The notes under the pieces are model-generated. The model made no database searches. It saw nothing but the letters and a program-made list of their open reading frames with translations, and had not been told where the DNA came from. From Clostridia bacterium (GTDB lineage Bacteria; Aerophobota; Aerophobia; Aerophobales; AE-B3A): a stretch of DNA of 31,783 nt. Shown here piece after piece: positions 17,596 to 25,880 of the stretch. Both the position numbers and the translations under genes were made by a program. Position 1 is the first letter of the stretch. The number at the start of each line of letters is the position of its first letter. The stretch lies in the NCBI GenBank assembly GCA_030610745.1, contig JAUWRC010000001.1, positions 1 through 31,783 of the forward strand, in the 5' to 3' direction.

Positions 17596-18681
17596 TTGAT
17601 TGACTTATTTCTTGCACCGGGAAGATATATTCAGGAAAGAGGAATATTAAGTAGGGCAGGAGAACTCATCTCATCCTTAGGTAAAAAACCACTATTTTTA
17701 TCTGATAAGTTAGTCTGGTCTAAGGTGGGAAAGATCCTTCTTCACAGCCTAAAGGAAACTAACCTAAGGAGTAGATTTGAGGAATTTAAGGGAGAATGCT
17801 GCAGGCAAGAAATAGAGCGAGTTACCGCCTCAGTAAAGAAGAAAAAAATAGACCTCATTGTGGGCTGTGGAGGAGGAAAAGCTCTAGACACAGCTAAAGC
17901 CGCTAGTTTTTACCTACATCTTCCTGTAATAACGGCTCCTACCAGTGCCGCTACCTGTTCTGCCTGGTCATCCATTGCTCCTCTTTACACAAAGGAAGGG
18001 GTTTACCTGGAGAGCCTGAACCTTCAAAAAAGTCCAAATCTGGCTTTGGTAGACCCCCAGATAATTGCTCAAGCCCCGGCAAGATTACTTTCAGCGGGGA
18101 TGGGAGATGCTTTAGCTAAATGGTGCGAAGGAAGAGTCTCCACCCAGGGAATAAAGAAAGACCTTTCTACCGAGGTAGCATTGGACCTTTCTAAAAAGTC
18201 TTACCATTTAATAAAAAGCATAGGGGTCAAGGCAAAAAGAGATGTAGAAAAGAAAAAAAGTTCTTCAGAATTAGACCAGATTATACAGATTAATATTTTT
18301 TTAACCGGGCTGATAGGTGCATTAGGCAAGGGAAGATGCCGCAGCTCCGCAGCGCATGCCTTCAATTATGGTATGAGTATTTTTAAAGAAACACACGAGA
18401 GCCTGCATGGAGAGAGAGTAGCTTTTGGAATAATAATGATGTTAATTCTTGAAGAACGCAGCGAGGAAGAAATAGACGAACTTTTAAGCTTTTATTCTTC
18501 TTTGGACCTGCCTTTAACTTTGGAAAAATTGGGCTTAATGGAAAATAAGAAGATATTAGTACGATTGGCCAAGGAGATTTGCAAAGAAGGAAGCCATATC
18601 TATAGACTTCCTTTTCCTGTAAATGAAGAAATGGTCTATAAAGCCTTATTAGAAGCAAACGCCCGGGGGAAGAAACTCTAG
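17596..18681 (+). CDS. Glycerol dehydrogenase-like metal-dependent alcohol dehydrogenase
   Basis: PGRYIQ, GCGGGKALDTAK, GMGDALA, AAHAF and LHGERVAFG motifs. TTG start. Confidence 0.85.
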   Translation: MIDLFLAPGRYIQERGILSRAGELISSLGKKPLFLSDKLVWSKVGKILLHSLKETNLRSRFEEFKGECCRQEIERVTASVKKKKIDLIVGCGGGKALDTAKAASFYLHLPVITAPTSAATCSAWSSIAPLYTKEGVYLESLNLQKSPNLALVDPQIIAQAPARLLSAGMGDALAKWCEGRVSTQGIKKDLSTEVALDLSKKSYHLIKSIGVKAKRDVEKKKSSSELDQIIQINIFLTGLIGALGKGRCRSSAAHAFNYGMSIFKETHESLHGERVAFGIIMMLILEERSEEEIDELLSFYSSLDLPLTLEKLGLMENKKILVRLAKEICKEGSHIYRLPFPVNEEMVYKALLEANARGKKL

Positions 18682-18689
18682 AGCGTGTC

Positions 18690-18726
18690 GAGATTGCTTC
18701 GCTCACTTAGTTCGCTCGCTATGACA
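18690..18726. repeat. CGTC-type REP half element
   Basis: GAGATTGCTTCGCTC...GCTCGCTATGACA. Confidence 0.6.
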
Positions 18727-18780
18727 ATAAAAAGCAAATAAACATAGAAGGAATACCACGCACGATGCATCGCGTATCCC

Positions 18781-18824
18781 TTACTACTTACTACTGGAAA
18801 CTATACGCTACCCGCTATACGCTA
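18781..18824. repeat. Degenerate heptamer tandem array
   Basis: TTACTAC TTACTAC TGGAAAC TATACGC TACCCGC TATACGC TA. The end overlaps the stop of the 448-aa gene. Confidence 0.6.
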
Positions 18825-20168
18825 GCTTTTTAGCCTTCTTCGCCCTACAAAAACTACCAGGCCTACTCCTAGAGGAAAGATAGAGAGGATATATAGCCAT
18901 TTTGCCTTTTCTTTTCTTACCAGACGTATCTCTCTTTTACCTCCCTGGAAAAGTTCTCCTTCCTCTTTCTCCATGTTAATCTCGTAACTTGTTTTTTGCA
19001 GAGTGGATGCGAGCTCAAGCTTGTATCCTTCAAAGGTGGGTTGCCTGTCAGGCATTTTTACCGGGTCAAACTCCACAATTTCATATCCTAACTCAGGGCC
19101 GGAGATTTGTTCCACATAATAAGGAAGTCTCACTATTCTCTGAAGAATTTCTTCTCCTTTTGAAAAGAGAAGAGTTACATCTTCGATAGATTTGATGTGG
19201 ACCCATTTCCACCCCTCTTCTCTTCCCCTGTTCTGAGGATCTTCTAATTTGTTGTAATAAAGCTCATTATATTCATCCTGAATAAAGGGATTAAAGTAAA
19301 GAGTATTTTCTCCTGCCGCGTAAATTATCCAGCTTGGGTCATCGCAGGATTCTTTTCTTGTCCATCTATTTCCCGGAATAATCCCATATCCTGTTCCTCC
19401 TTCTCTTCGGCAGGTGAAAAGAACAAGGTCTTTCTCGCTGTCCTGAACAATAGTTCCATCCTCTGCTCTTAATCTTATTTTATAATGGCCGAGGGGCAAG
19501 TTAATAACGTAATCTTTCGTGGGTGGAGTAACATAGAATTGGGGTGGAGAAGGTGGAGTTGGTTCTCGGGGCATCCTTTCCTCAATCTCTTCTTTTTCAA
19601 TCTCCTCTCCCGCCTCTCTTCTTTCTTTTATTTCTTCAAGAAAATCATTGAAATTTTTCTCATATTCTATTTGTGCTTGTTGATATTCGGCAATCTGCTT
19701 ATAATATTCCTCAATAGCCCCCATGAACTTCTCAAAATAAGCACGGGCCTCCTCACCTTTATAAAGAAGGCAAGCTTCTCCGTAGTATCCTTCCGGATAA
19801 TAGCGAGAATTATCCTCTTTTTCTAGAGTCTTAATTACTTTTTCTCCTTTTAAGACCTCCAGCACTCCTTCTACTTCCTCATTCAAAGCCTGAAAGCCAG
19901 CCACATATTTTCCTGTAATGGGCCAGAAATAAACCAGAGTTATACGGGCAGAGATAGCATTGTTTTTATCAGCCATAAGATAGATGGTATCTTCAGTGCG
20001 GGGAGTAAATCCCCCTGTATAACCCCTGCCGTTGAAGACGCTTAAACCATAAACTAACTGTTCTCTGAGCTCTGGTGCCTGGGCTCCGCTTAAAGTAGCT
20101 AGACAGAAGACCCATCCTATAATTAGAGTTAGCGAAAATAGAACAAATCTGCATTTGACAATCTTCAT
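18822..20168 (-). CDS. Hypothetical extracytoplasmic protein with signal peptide and C-terminal TM anchor
   Basis: Hydrophobic N-terminus ending A-Q-A, acidic helical middle, PTPPSPP linker, and a C-terminal hydrophobic helix followed by RRRLKS. Confidence 0.8.
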   Translation of the reverse strand: MKIVKCRFVLFSLTLIIGWVFCLATLSGAQAPELREQLVYGLSVFNGRGYTGGFTPRTEDTIYLMADKNNAISARITLVYFWPITGKYVAGFQALNEEVEGVLEVLKGEKVIKTLEKEDNSRYYPEGYYGEACLLYKGEEARAYFEKFMGAIEEYYKQIAEYQQAQIEYEKNFNDFLEEIKERREAGEEIEKEEIEERMPREPTPPSPPQFYVTPPTKDYVINLPLGHYKIRLRAEDGTIVQDSEKDLVLFTCRREGGTGYGIIPGNRWTRKESCDDPSWIIYAAGENTLYFNPFIQDEYNELYYNKLEDPQNRGREEGWKWVHIKSIEDVTLLFSKGEEILQRIVRLPYYVEQISGPELGYEIVEFDPVKMPDRQPTFEGYKLELASTLQKTSYEINMEKEEGELFQGGKREIRLVRKEKAKWLYILSIFPLGVGLVVFVGRRRLKS

Positions 20169-20191
20169 TAGTCACCTCAAAAAATAGTTTT

Positions 20192-21028
20192 TCATCCCCT
20201 TACCCCTTTTCTTTTAAGGATAGATATAGAGAGTACAAGCAAGATAACAGAATAGATTATAGAATAAAGTATATTTAGCCCCCAGAGAAAGCTGTTATCC
20301 AAGGAAATAGCATCTATACCCCGGCTAAGATAGGAAAAAGGAGAAATCCAATTTGCTCCCCGGGAAACTACGGAAAGAGTATCTGATAAATAGGTTAGGA
20401 TAGAAGAGACTTCCCCTTGAGGCAGGCCAAGGAGTATGGTCTGTCCAACCTCTACAGCTAAAAAGAGAATAAGTACCCCTATTAGCCAGATAATGGAGTT
20501 TCTCATCTTTTTAGTCAGAGATGATATAAAGAGGCCAAAACTGATTACGCAGGAGACGGAAAATATAGAGGTGAGAATAGCCTTACCTAATCTAGAGGAA
20601 AACCCCATGTTAGTAAGAAGAGACACTCCCCAAAAATAAACGAGGAAAAAGAGGACCACTACAAAATAGGTGAGGATGTTTTTAATATACTTTCCCAGAA
20701 TATAGCTGGAAGAGCTTACTGGCCCATAGAAAAGGACCTCCAGAGTTCCCTGATCCTTTTCCCGGGAGATGGAAATAGCAGAAAGCAGAGCCAGATAAAA
20801 AGAGATAATGATGGTAGAGATAAAAAGTGGATAATTTAAAGGGTCTGCGGAAATCAAGATATCGTCTCCCTTAATGCTTCCAAGAAAGTTTTTCAGGATG
20901 AAGGAAGAAGCCACAAAGGAAACAAATGTAGTTATATAAATCCCCCAACTAGACAAAGTTGAATATAGGTCTCTTTTGGCCAGTGCCTTCATTGTATGAA
21001 TAGATAAAGAAAGTTCTTTTCCAGCCAT
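20192..21028 (-). CDS. ABC-2-type permease (GldF/NosY-like)
   Basis: About six TMs with ISREKDQGTLEVLFYGPVS and SPFSY motifs. Confidence 0.85.
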   Translation of the reverse strand: MAGKELSLSIHTMKALAKRDLYSTLSSWGIYITTFVSFVASSFILKNFLGSIKGDDILISADPLNYPLFISTIIISFYLALLSAISISREKDQGTLEVLFYGPVSSSSYILGKYIKNILTYFVVVLFFLVYFWGVSLLTNMGFSSRLGKAILTSIFSVSCVISFGLFISSLTKKMRNSIIWLIGVLILFLAVEVGQTILLGLPQGEVSSILTYLSDTLSVVSRGANWISPFSYLSRGIDAISLDNSFLWGLNILYSIIYSVILLVLSISILKRKGVRG

Positions 21029-21054
21029 TTTATTCTATTTCTCCTCTTTTTTTA

Positions 21055-21768
21055 TTAATATTCCTCATAAAGTTTTACATCATTTACGCTGTCAGCAAAG
21101 TCTCCCTGGGGAGTATGAAGAACTACCTCCAGAAGGCCAAACTTCTCCACTTCCTCATCTACTTTGAGCTTCTCCCAGGGAATAACAGCCTTGTTTTTGG
21201 CCAGGAAGGCTTCCGAGTCCCAGAAAAGTTCAATGGGACCCCGGAATATCTCTCTTCCCTTAACGTAGTCTTCTTCCGTTCCTATCCTAGCCCAGAGGGT
21301 TCCTTCTAAGCTCAAAGGAAGACAGGGAAACTGGGTTATTCCTTCTCCCTTGCTGTTGACAAATCTTATTTCTAATTGAATCCCCTCATCCCCAGATTCT
21401 GTAAAAACAATTATCCTTTGCAGGTCAGGAACTTCTTTACCTTCCATGGATATGTCTACTATATTTTCCCCTCTTTTTAGCTTGATATCCCTGGTAAAGT
21501 CATAATAGCCAGGGGCCGTGGCTGTTAAGGTGTAGGAACCCGGTTTAATCCCTGTTAGAGAATAGGTTTTACCCGGATATCTATATTTGAGAGTAGATTT
21601 GTCACCAACGACAATCCTTATTTCCCACACCGGGTCATCACTTAAGGCATCAACTGCTTTTCCTTGCACCTGGCCATATTTTTCTCCCTTCAAACGAGGA
21701 AGGAAAAGGGCAAGCAAGGCTACTATGATAATACCTATTATGAGGGGATAGACAATGGATTTTTTCAT
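21055..21768 (-). CDS. Membrane-anchored protein with a carboxypeptidase-regulatory-like beta-sandwich domain
   Basis: N-terminal TM, then G.V.G.AVDA....P, GI.PGSYTLTATAPGY and ENIVDISM pattern. Confidence 0.7.
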   Translation of the reverse strand: MKKSIVYPLIIGIIIVALLALFLPRLKGEKYGQVQGKAVDALSDDPVWEIRIVVGDKSTLKYRYPGKTYSLTGIKPGSYTLTATAPGYYDFTRDIKLKRGENIVDISMEGKEVPDLQRIIVFTESGDEGIQLEIRFVNSKGEGITQFPCLPLSLEGTLWARIGTEEDYVKGREIFRGPIELFWDSEAFLAKNKAVIPWEKLKVDEEVEKFGLLEVVLHTPQGDFADSVNDVKLYEEY

Positions 21769-21779
21769 TCTGCTCCTCT

Positions 21780-22718
21780 TTAATCCTCCTTAGCCAATAG
21801 AGAGATATTTTTTTCAGTAATAGTGATAAATGCTTCTTCCAGACTCATCTCTTTAGTCTTTATGCCTAAAACAACTCCTCCCTGGCCAGAAATAGCTTCT
21901 GAAATTTGAGCCCGGTAGTCTTTATCTGCTTTTATCTTGAGAGTTAAAAGGTTTCCTTCTTCCTTTATCTCTTCAATAAAATCAAAGGCGGAAAGAGTAT
22001 CTACAATCTCTTTTTTCATCTGGGAAAGCTCTATCTGTAGCTCTACTACATCAGTCAATTTCTTCTTTAAGTTATCCATACTATCTTCAGCCAAGAGTCT
22101 GCCTTTATTGATAATACCTACTTTTCCGCAAAGTCTTTCTACCTCAGAGAGAAGGTGGGAAGAGATAAAAATGGTTCTTCCCTTTTTATTTTCTTCTTCT
22201 ATAAGGTCTCTGATTCGCTTTATTCCTGTAGGGTCTAACCCGGAGACAGGTTCATCCAAAAGAAGGAGCTCCGGGTCATGCAAGAGGGCTCTGGCAAAGC
22301 CAAGCTTTTGCTGCATACCTCGAGAAAACGCTCCCAATTTTCTGTTTTTAACTTCCAGTAGGTTTAGTTTCTCCAGGAGTCCATTAATTCTTTTCTTCGA
22401 ATTCTTTACTCCATAAAGGTCGGCAAAGAAAGAAAGATATTGGCCGGCACTCATCTCTTTATATAAATATTGTTTTTCAGAAACAACCCCTATTTTTTTC
22501 TTGATAGTAAGAAAATCTTTAGCCATGTCCTGGCCAAAAAGATAAACCTTTCCTTGAGTTGGCTCCAGGATACCCAAAAGCATTAAGATGGTGGTAGTTT
22601 TTCCTGCTCCATTGGGCCCTAAAAAGCCGTAGATTTCCCCTTCTTTAACCTTAAGATTCAAGTTATCCACTGCCCTAAACCCATCGTACTCTTTAATGAG
22701 GCCGTCGGTTTTGATCAT
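21780..22718 (-). CDS. ABC transporter ATP-binding protein (ABC-2/CcmA-like)
   Basis: GPNGAGKTT, FSRGMQQKL, LLLDEP and ISSH motifs. ATG 22718 preferred as start. Confidence 0.93.
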   Translation of the reverse strand: MIKTDGLIKEYDGFRAVDNLNLKVKEGEIYGFLGPNGAGKTTTILMLLGILEPTQGKVYLFGQDMAKDFLTIKKKIGVVSEKQYLYKEMSAGQYLSFFADLYGVKNSKKRINGLLEKLNLLEVKNRKLGAFSRGMQQKLGFARALLHDPELLLLDEPVSGLDPTGIKRIRDLIEEENKKGRTIFISSHLLSEVERLCGKVGIINKGRLLAEDSMDNLKKKLTDVVELQIELSQMKKEIVDTLSAFDFIEEIKEEGNLLTLKIKADKDYRAQISEAISGQGGVVLGIKTKEMSLEEAFITITEKNISLLAKED

Positions 22719-22798
22719 TTTCTTTCCTTTTTTAAAAATCATTCAGCCTTTGCCTTAAGAAATAAGACAAAAGCTTCAAAAAATACCACTGGTTTTTT

Positions 22799-22827
22799 AA
22801 TATACCAACTCAGTTATTTTTTGTCAA
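22799..22827 (-). promoter_or_regulatory. Sigma70-type promoter of the four-gene ABC operon
   Basis: Minus strand TTGACA-17 nt-TATATT with TG extension. Confidence 0.6.
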
Positions 22828-22843
22828 ATACATTACAGTGAAC

Positions 22844-22868
22844 TTGTGAATTAAAGTTTAATTCACAA
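22844..22868. promoter_or_regulatory. Perfect 12-bp-arm palindrome, candidate operator
   Basis: TTGTGAATTAAA-G-TTTAATTCACAA. Confidence 0.4.
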
Positions 22869-22954
22869 AAGATTGAATTCGTTCTCCTGTATCAAATTTT
22901 TTGCCCCCCCAGAAACTGGAGGAGAACGAAAATTGCCTGGACGAAGACGATTTT

Positions 22955-22975
22955 GGATTCAGGATTCAGGATTCA
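22955..22975. repeat. Heptamer tandem repeat
   Basis: (GGATTCA)x3. A further array ATAGCGT GGAGCGG GGAGCGT ATAGCGA lies at 23017-23044. Confidence 0.65.
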
Positions 22976-23100
22976 GAGGCGTGGTTGTCAAAAACAAGGA
23001 ATGGGCGAAAATTTTAATAGCGTGGAGCGGGGAGCGTATAGCGAATAGTATAAGTTATGACCCATTGCCCTACTTGCCATTATTGCGAGCGAATAAAGAA

Positions 23101-23135
23101 TGTCATTGCGAGGAACGGAGCGACGAAGCAATCTC
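23101..23135. repeat. CGTC-type REP half element
   Basis: TGTCATTGCGAGGAACGGAGCGACGAAGCAATCTC. Confidence 0.7.
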
Positions 23136-23172
23136 AGAATGGTAGGGGTGCGATTAACTAAGGGAGATAAAA

Positions 23173-23931
23173 CTGCAAGTAGAAGAAATAAGACGCATAT
23201 TGGAGAGAGTAAGAGGGGGAAAGATAAAAATAGAAGAAGCTTTGGAAAAGCTAAAAGTCCTTCCTTACCAGGATCTTGGCTTTGCTAAGATTGATACCCA
23301 TCGAGAACTGCGCAGGCACTATCCTGAAGTAATCTTTTGCCCTGGCAAAACCACCGAGCAAATTATTCATATTGTAAAGAAAATGAGGGAGGCCAAATCC
23401 AAGGTAATAGCTGTTCGAGCTGAAAAAGAAATTTATGAGGCCATTAAAGAGATTCTACCTGAAGCTAGCTATTTTGAAAAAGCAAAGATAGTGGCCGTGG
23501 GAAAGAAAGAAAAAAAGAGAAGTTCTCATATTATATTGGTAGTAACCGCTGGAACAGCAGACATTCCTGTAGCTGAAGAGGCAGCGGTTACAGCAGAAAT
23601 TCTGGGTAACAGAGTGGATCGCCTCTACGATGTGGGGGTGGCTGGAATTCATAGACTACTTGATAATAAGGAGAAGCTATTTCAGGCTAATGTCCTCATC
23701 GTGGTGGCAGGTATGGAGGGAGCCCTGCCCAGTATAGTAGGGGGTCTGGTAAGCCGGCCCGTTATAGCTGTACCTACCTCTATAGGATACGGAGCAAGTT
23801 TTGGAGGAATTTCAGCTCTTCTTACCATGCTTAATAGCTGCAGCCCTGGAATAGCTGTAGTCAACATTGATAACGGATTCGGAGCCGGATATATGGCCAG
23901 TTTAATCAATCGGATAGAGGTGAAAAGATGA
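23173..23931 (+). CDS. larB: Nickel-pincer cofactor biosynthesis carboxylase/hydrolase LarB
   Basis: FAKIDTHRELR..YPEVIFC.GKT, TAGTADIPVAEEA, DVGVAGIHRL, GMEGALPS and VVNIDNGFGA motifs. Start placed at CTG 23173 after AAGGGAG; the track uses TTG 23200. Confidence 0.93.
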   Translation: MQVEEIRRILERVRGGKIKIEEALEKLKVLPYQDLGFAKIDTHRELRRHYPEVIFCPGKTTEQIIHIVKKMREAKSKVIAVRAEKEIYEAIKEILPEASYFEKAKIVAVGKKEKKRSSHIILVVTAGTADIPVAEEAAVTAEILGNRVDRLYDVGVAGIHRLLDNKEKLFQANVLIVVAGMEGALPSIVGGLVSRPVIAVPTSIGYGASFGGISALLTMLNSCSPGIAVVNIDNGFGAGYMASLINRIEVKR

Positions 23932-25145
23932 GGATTGCTTACTTTAATTGTTTTTCTGGTATTAGTGGAGATATGATTCTTGGAGCATTGCTCGATTTAG
24001 GCTGGCCAGTGGAAGAGCTGGAAAAAGAGTTAGGTAAATTAAACTTAACTGGCTATAAAATTAAAGTAAAGAAAGTACAAAAAAAGAGTATTGCTGCCAC
24101 CCAGATTAAGATAGAGACTAAAGGCGACGAAAAGGAAAGAAAACTTCCTCATATTTTATCTATTATAGAAACAAGTAAGCTAGGCAAGGAAATAAAAGAG
24201 ATTAGCAAGAGCATATTCACCAAATTGGCTGCTGTTGAGGCAAAGATACACAAAAAAAGCCCAGAAGAGATACATTTCCATGAATTAGGAGGTCTGGACA
24301 CTATTATTGATGTAGTAGGAGCAGCAGTAGGAATAAAGTATTTAGGGATAGAGAAAATTTATGCCTCCAGCCTTCCTCTTGGAAAAGGTTTTGTTAAATG
24401 TGCTCACGGCACTCTGCCTCTACCTGCTCCAGCCACTTTGGAGCTATTAAAAGAAATTCCTGTCTATGGTAGCCAGATTGAGGCAGAGCTGGTCACTCCT
24501 ACTGGAGCGGCTATTATTACTAGCCTGGCGAAAAACTTTGGTGAAATGCCCTCTATAAAAATTGAAAGCATCGGCTATGGGGCAGGGCAAAGGGACCTCC
24601 CCACCCCTAATTTATTAAGAGTTTCTGTAGGTATAGCAAAAAATGCTTACCAGGAAGATACAGTCTCTTTAATTGAAACTAACATTGATGATATGAATCC
24701 AGAGTTCTACGAGCATGTCATAAATAGATTATTCAAGGAAGGAGCTCTCGATGTTTTCCTCACCCCTATTCAGATGAAAAAGACCAGACCGGCCACTATG
24801 CTCAGTGTTATGGCAAAAGAGGAAAAAATAGAAAAGATGCTCGAGATTATTTTCGAAGAAACCACTACTCTGGGGGTAAGAATCTCTAAAGTAAAGAGAA
24901 AAAAATTAATGCGAGAGAGCCGAGGTATAGAAACCAGGTACGGTAAAATCGAGGTTAAAATAGCCAGGCTCAATGGGGTCATTAAAAACATCGCCCCTAG
25001 CTATGAAGATTGCCAGAAGATTGCTTTCCGTCTTAATATCCCCCTTAAAGAGGTCTATGAAGAAGCAAAAATTCGTATCTCGTCGTGCGTGATGCGTATT
25101 GCGCGAAAAAAAGGAAAAGAAGATGCTCAAACAAATAGCGAATGA
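23928..25145 (+). CDS. larC: Nickel-pincer cofactor nickel insertase LarC
   Basis: FSGISGDMILGAL, E...H, HFHELG..DTI.D, C.HG.LP.PAPAT, ELVTPTGAA, ETNIDDM, MKK.RP and ETTTLGVR motifs. Confidence 0.93.
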   Translation: MRIAYFNCFSGISGDMILGALLDLGWPVEELEKELGKLNLTGYKIKVKKVQKKSIAATQIKIETKGDEKERKLPHILSIIETSKLGKEIKEISKSIFTKLAAVEAKIHKKSPEEIHFHELGGLDTIIDVVGAAVGIKYLGIEKIYASSLPLGKGFVKCAHGTLPLPAPATLELLKEIPVYGSQIEAELVTPTGAAIITSLAKNFGEMPSIKIESIGYGAGQRDLPTPNLLRVSVGIAKNAYQEDTVSLIETNIDDMNPEFYEHVINRLFKEGALDVFLTPIQMKKTRPATMLSVMAKEEKIEKMLEIIFEETTTLGVRISKVKRKKLMRESRGIETRYGKIEVKIARLNGVIKNIAPSYEDCQKIAFRLNIPLKEVYEEAKIRISSCVMRIARKKGKEDAQTNSE

Positions 25146-25734
25146 GCTCAAAAAGCACGCTCCTTTCACTTTTCTTGGAGCTACTACAGGAATCATCATT
25201 ATGGCAGCAGTAGTTTTTACTGATGTTCCTTCCGAAATTTCCCATACTCTTTTTTATATCTTACACCCTCTCCATGTTATATTGAGCGCACTTGTAACTA
25301 CAGCTATGTATAAACGATATAGTAAGGGAAAAGTGTGGGAAGTAATTTTGATTGGTTATGCAGGCTCTATCGGCATAGCTACATTAAGCGATATAGTAAT
25401 TCCTTATTTAGGAGGAAGCTTGCTTGGCATCAAGATAGGATTTCATCTGGGTTTTATTGAAAAATGGTGGCTCGTAAACCCCCTGGCCCTAGCCGGTATT
25501 GCCATCGGCTATTGGAAACCTACAACCAAGGTTCCCCATGCAGGGCACGTATTGTTAAGTACCTGGGCATCACTGTTTTACTTCACAGCATTTGGGGCAG
25601 CAAATTGGATGCCTTTACTTCCTTTTGTCTTACTCTTTTTATTCCTCGCTGTCTGGATTCCTTGCTGTACAAGCGATATAGTTTTCCCCCTTTTATTTAC
25701 CTCGCTACAAAAGGTCCCTCCTTCAAGGAATTGA
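25123..25734 (+). CDS. Uncharacterised six-TM membrane protein with duplicated HxxHV-LS / SDIV-P motifs
   Basis: ATG 25123 overlaps the end of larC. About six hydrophobic segments with His, Asp and Cys inside them. Confidence 0.75.
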   Translation: MLKQIANELKKHAPFTFLGATTGIIIMAAVVFTDVPSEISHTLFYILHPLHVILSALVTTAMYKRYSKGKVWEVILIGYAGSIGIATLSDIVIPYLGGSLLGIKIGFHLGFIEKWWLVNPLALAGIAIGYWKPTTKVPHAGHVLLSTWASLFYFTAFGAANWMPLLPFVLLFLFLAVWIPCCTSDIVFPLLFTSLQKVPPSRN

Positions 25735-25861
25735 TGATACTCTTGCGGTAATCAAGCTTGATATTGAGTTTATCAAAAACGAACTTAAACAGAAAGTTGC
25801 CCGTGACGAATTTGCTGTCTTAGAAAGAAGAGTTAGTATGCTCGAAGCTAAACTAAGTTAG
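25733..25861 (+). pseudogene. C-terminal coiled-coil fragment of a small hypothetical gene
   Basis: Start-less frame DDTLAVIKLDIEFIKNELKQKVARDEFAVLERRVSMLEAKLS* with heptad character. Confidence 0.4.
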
Positions 25862-25880
25862 AGATAACATAAAGTTTCCA

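Noticed and set aside
22830-23170. NiCo or c-di-AMP riboswitch upstream of larB
   Set aside because: No conserved core seen. The CTGAATC-like text is just the GGATTCA heptamer array.
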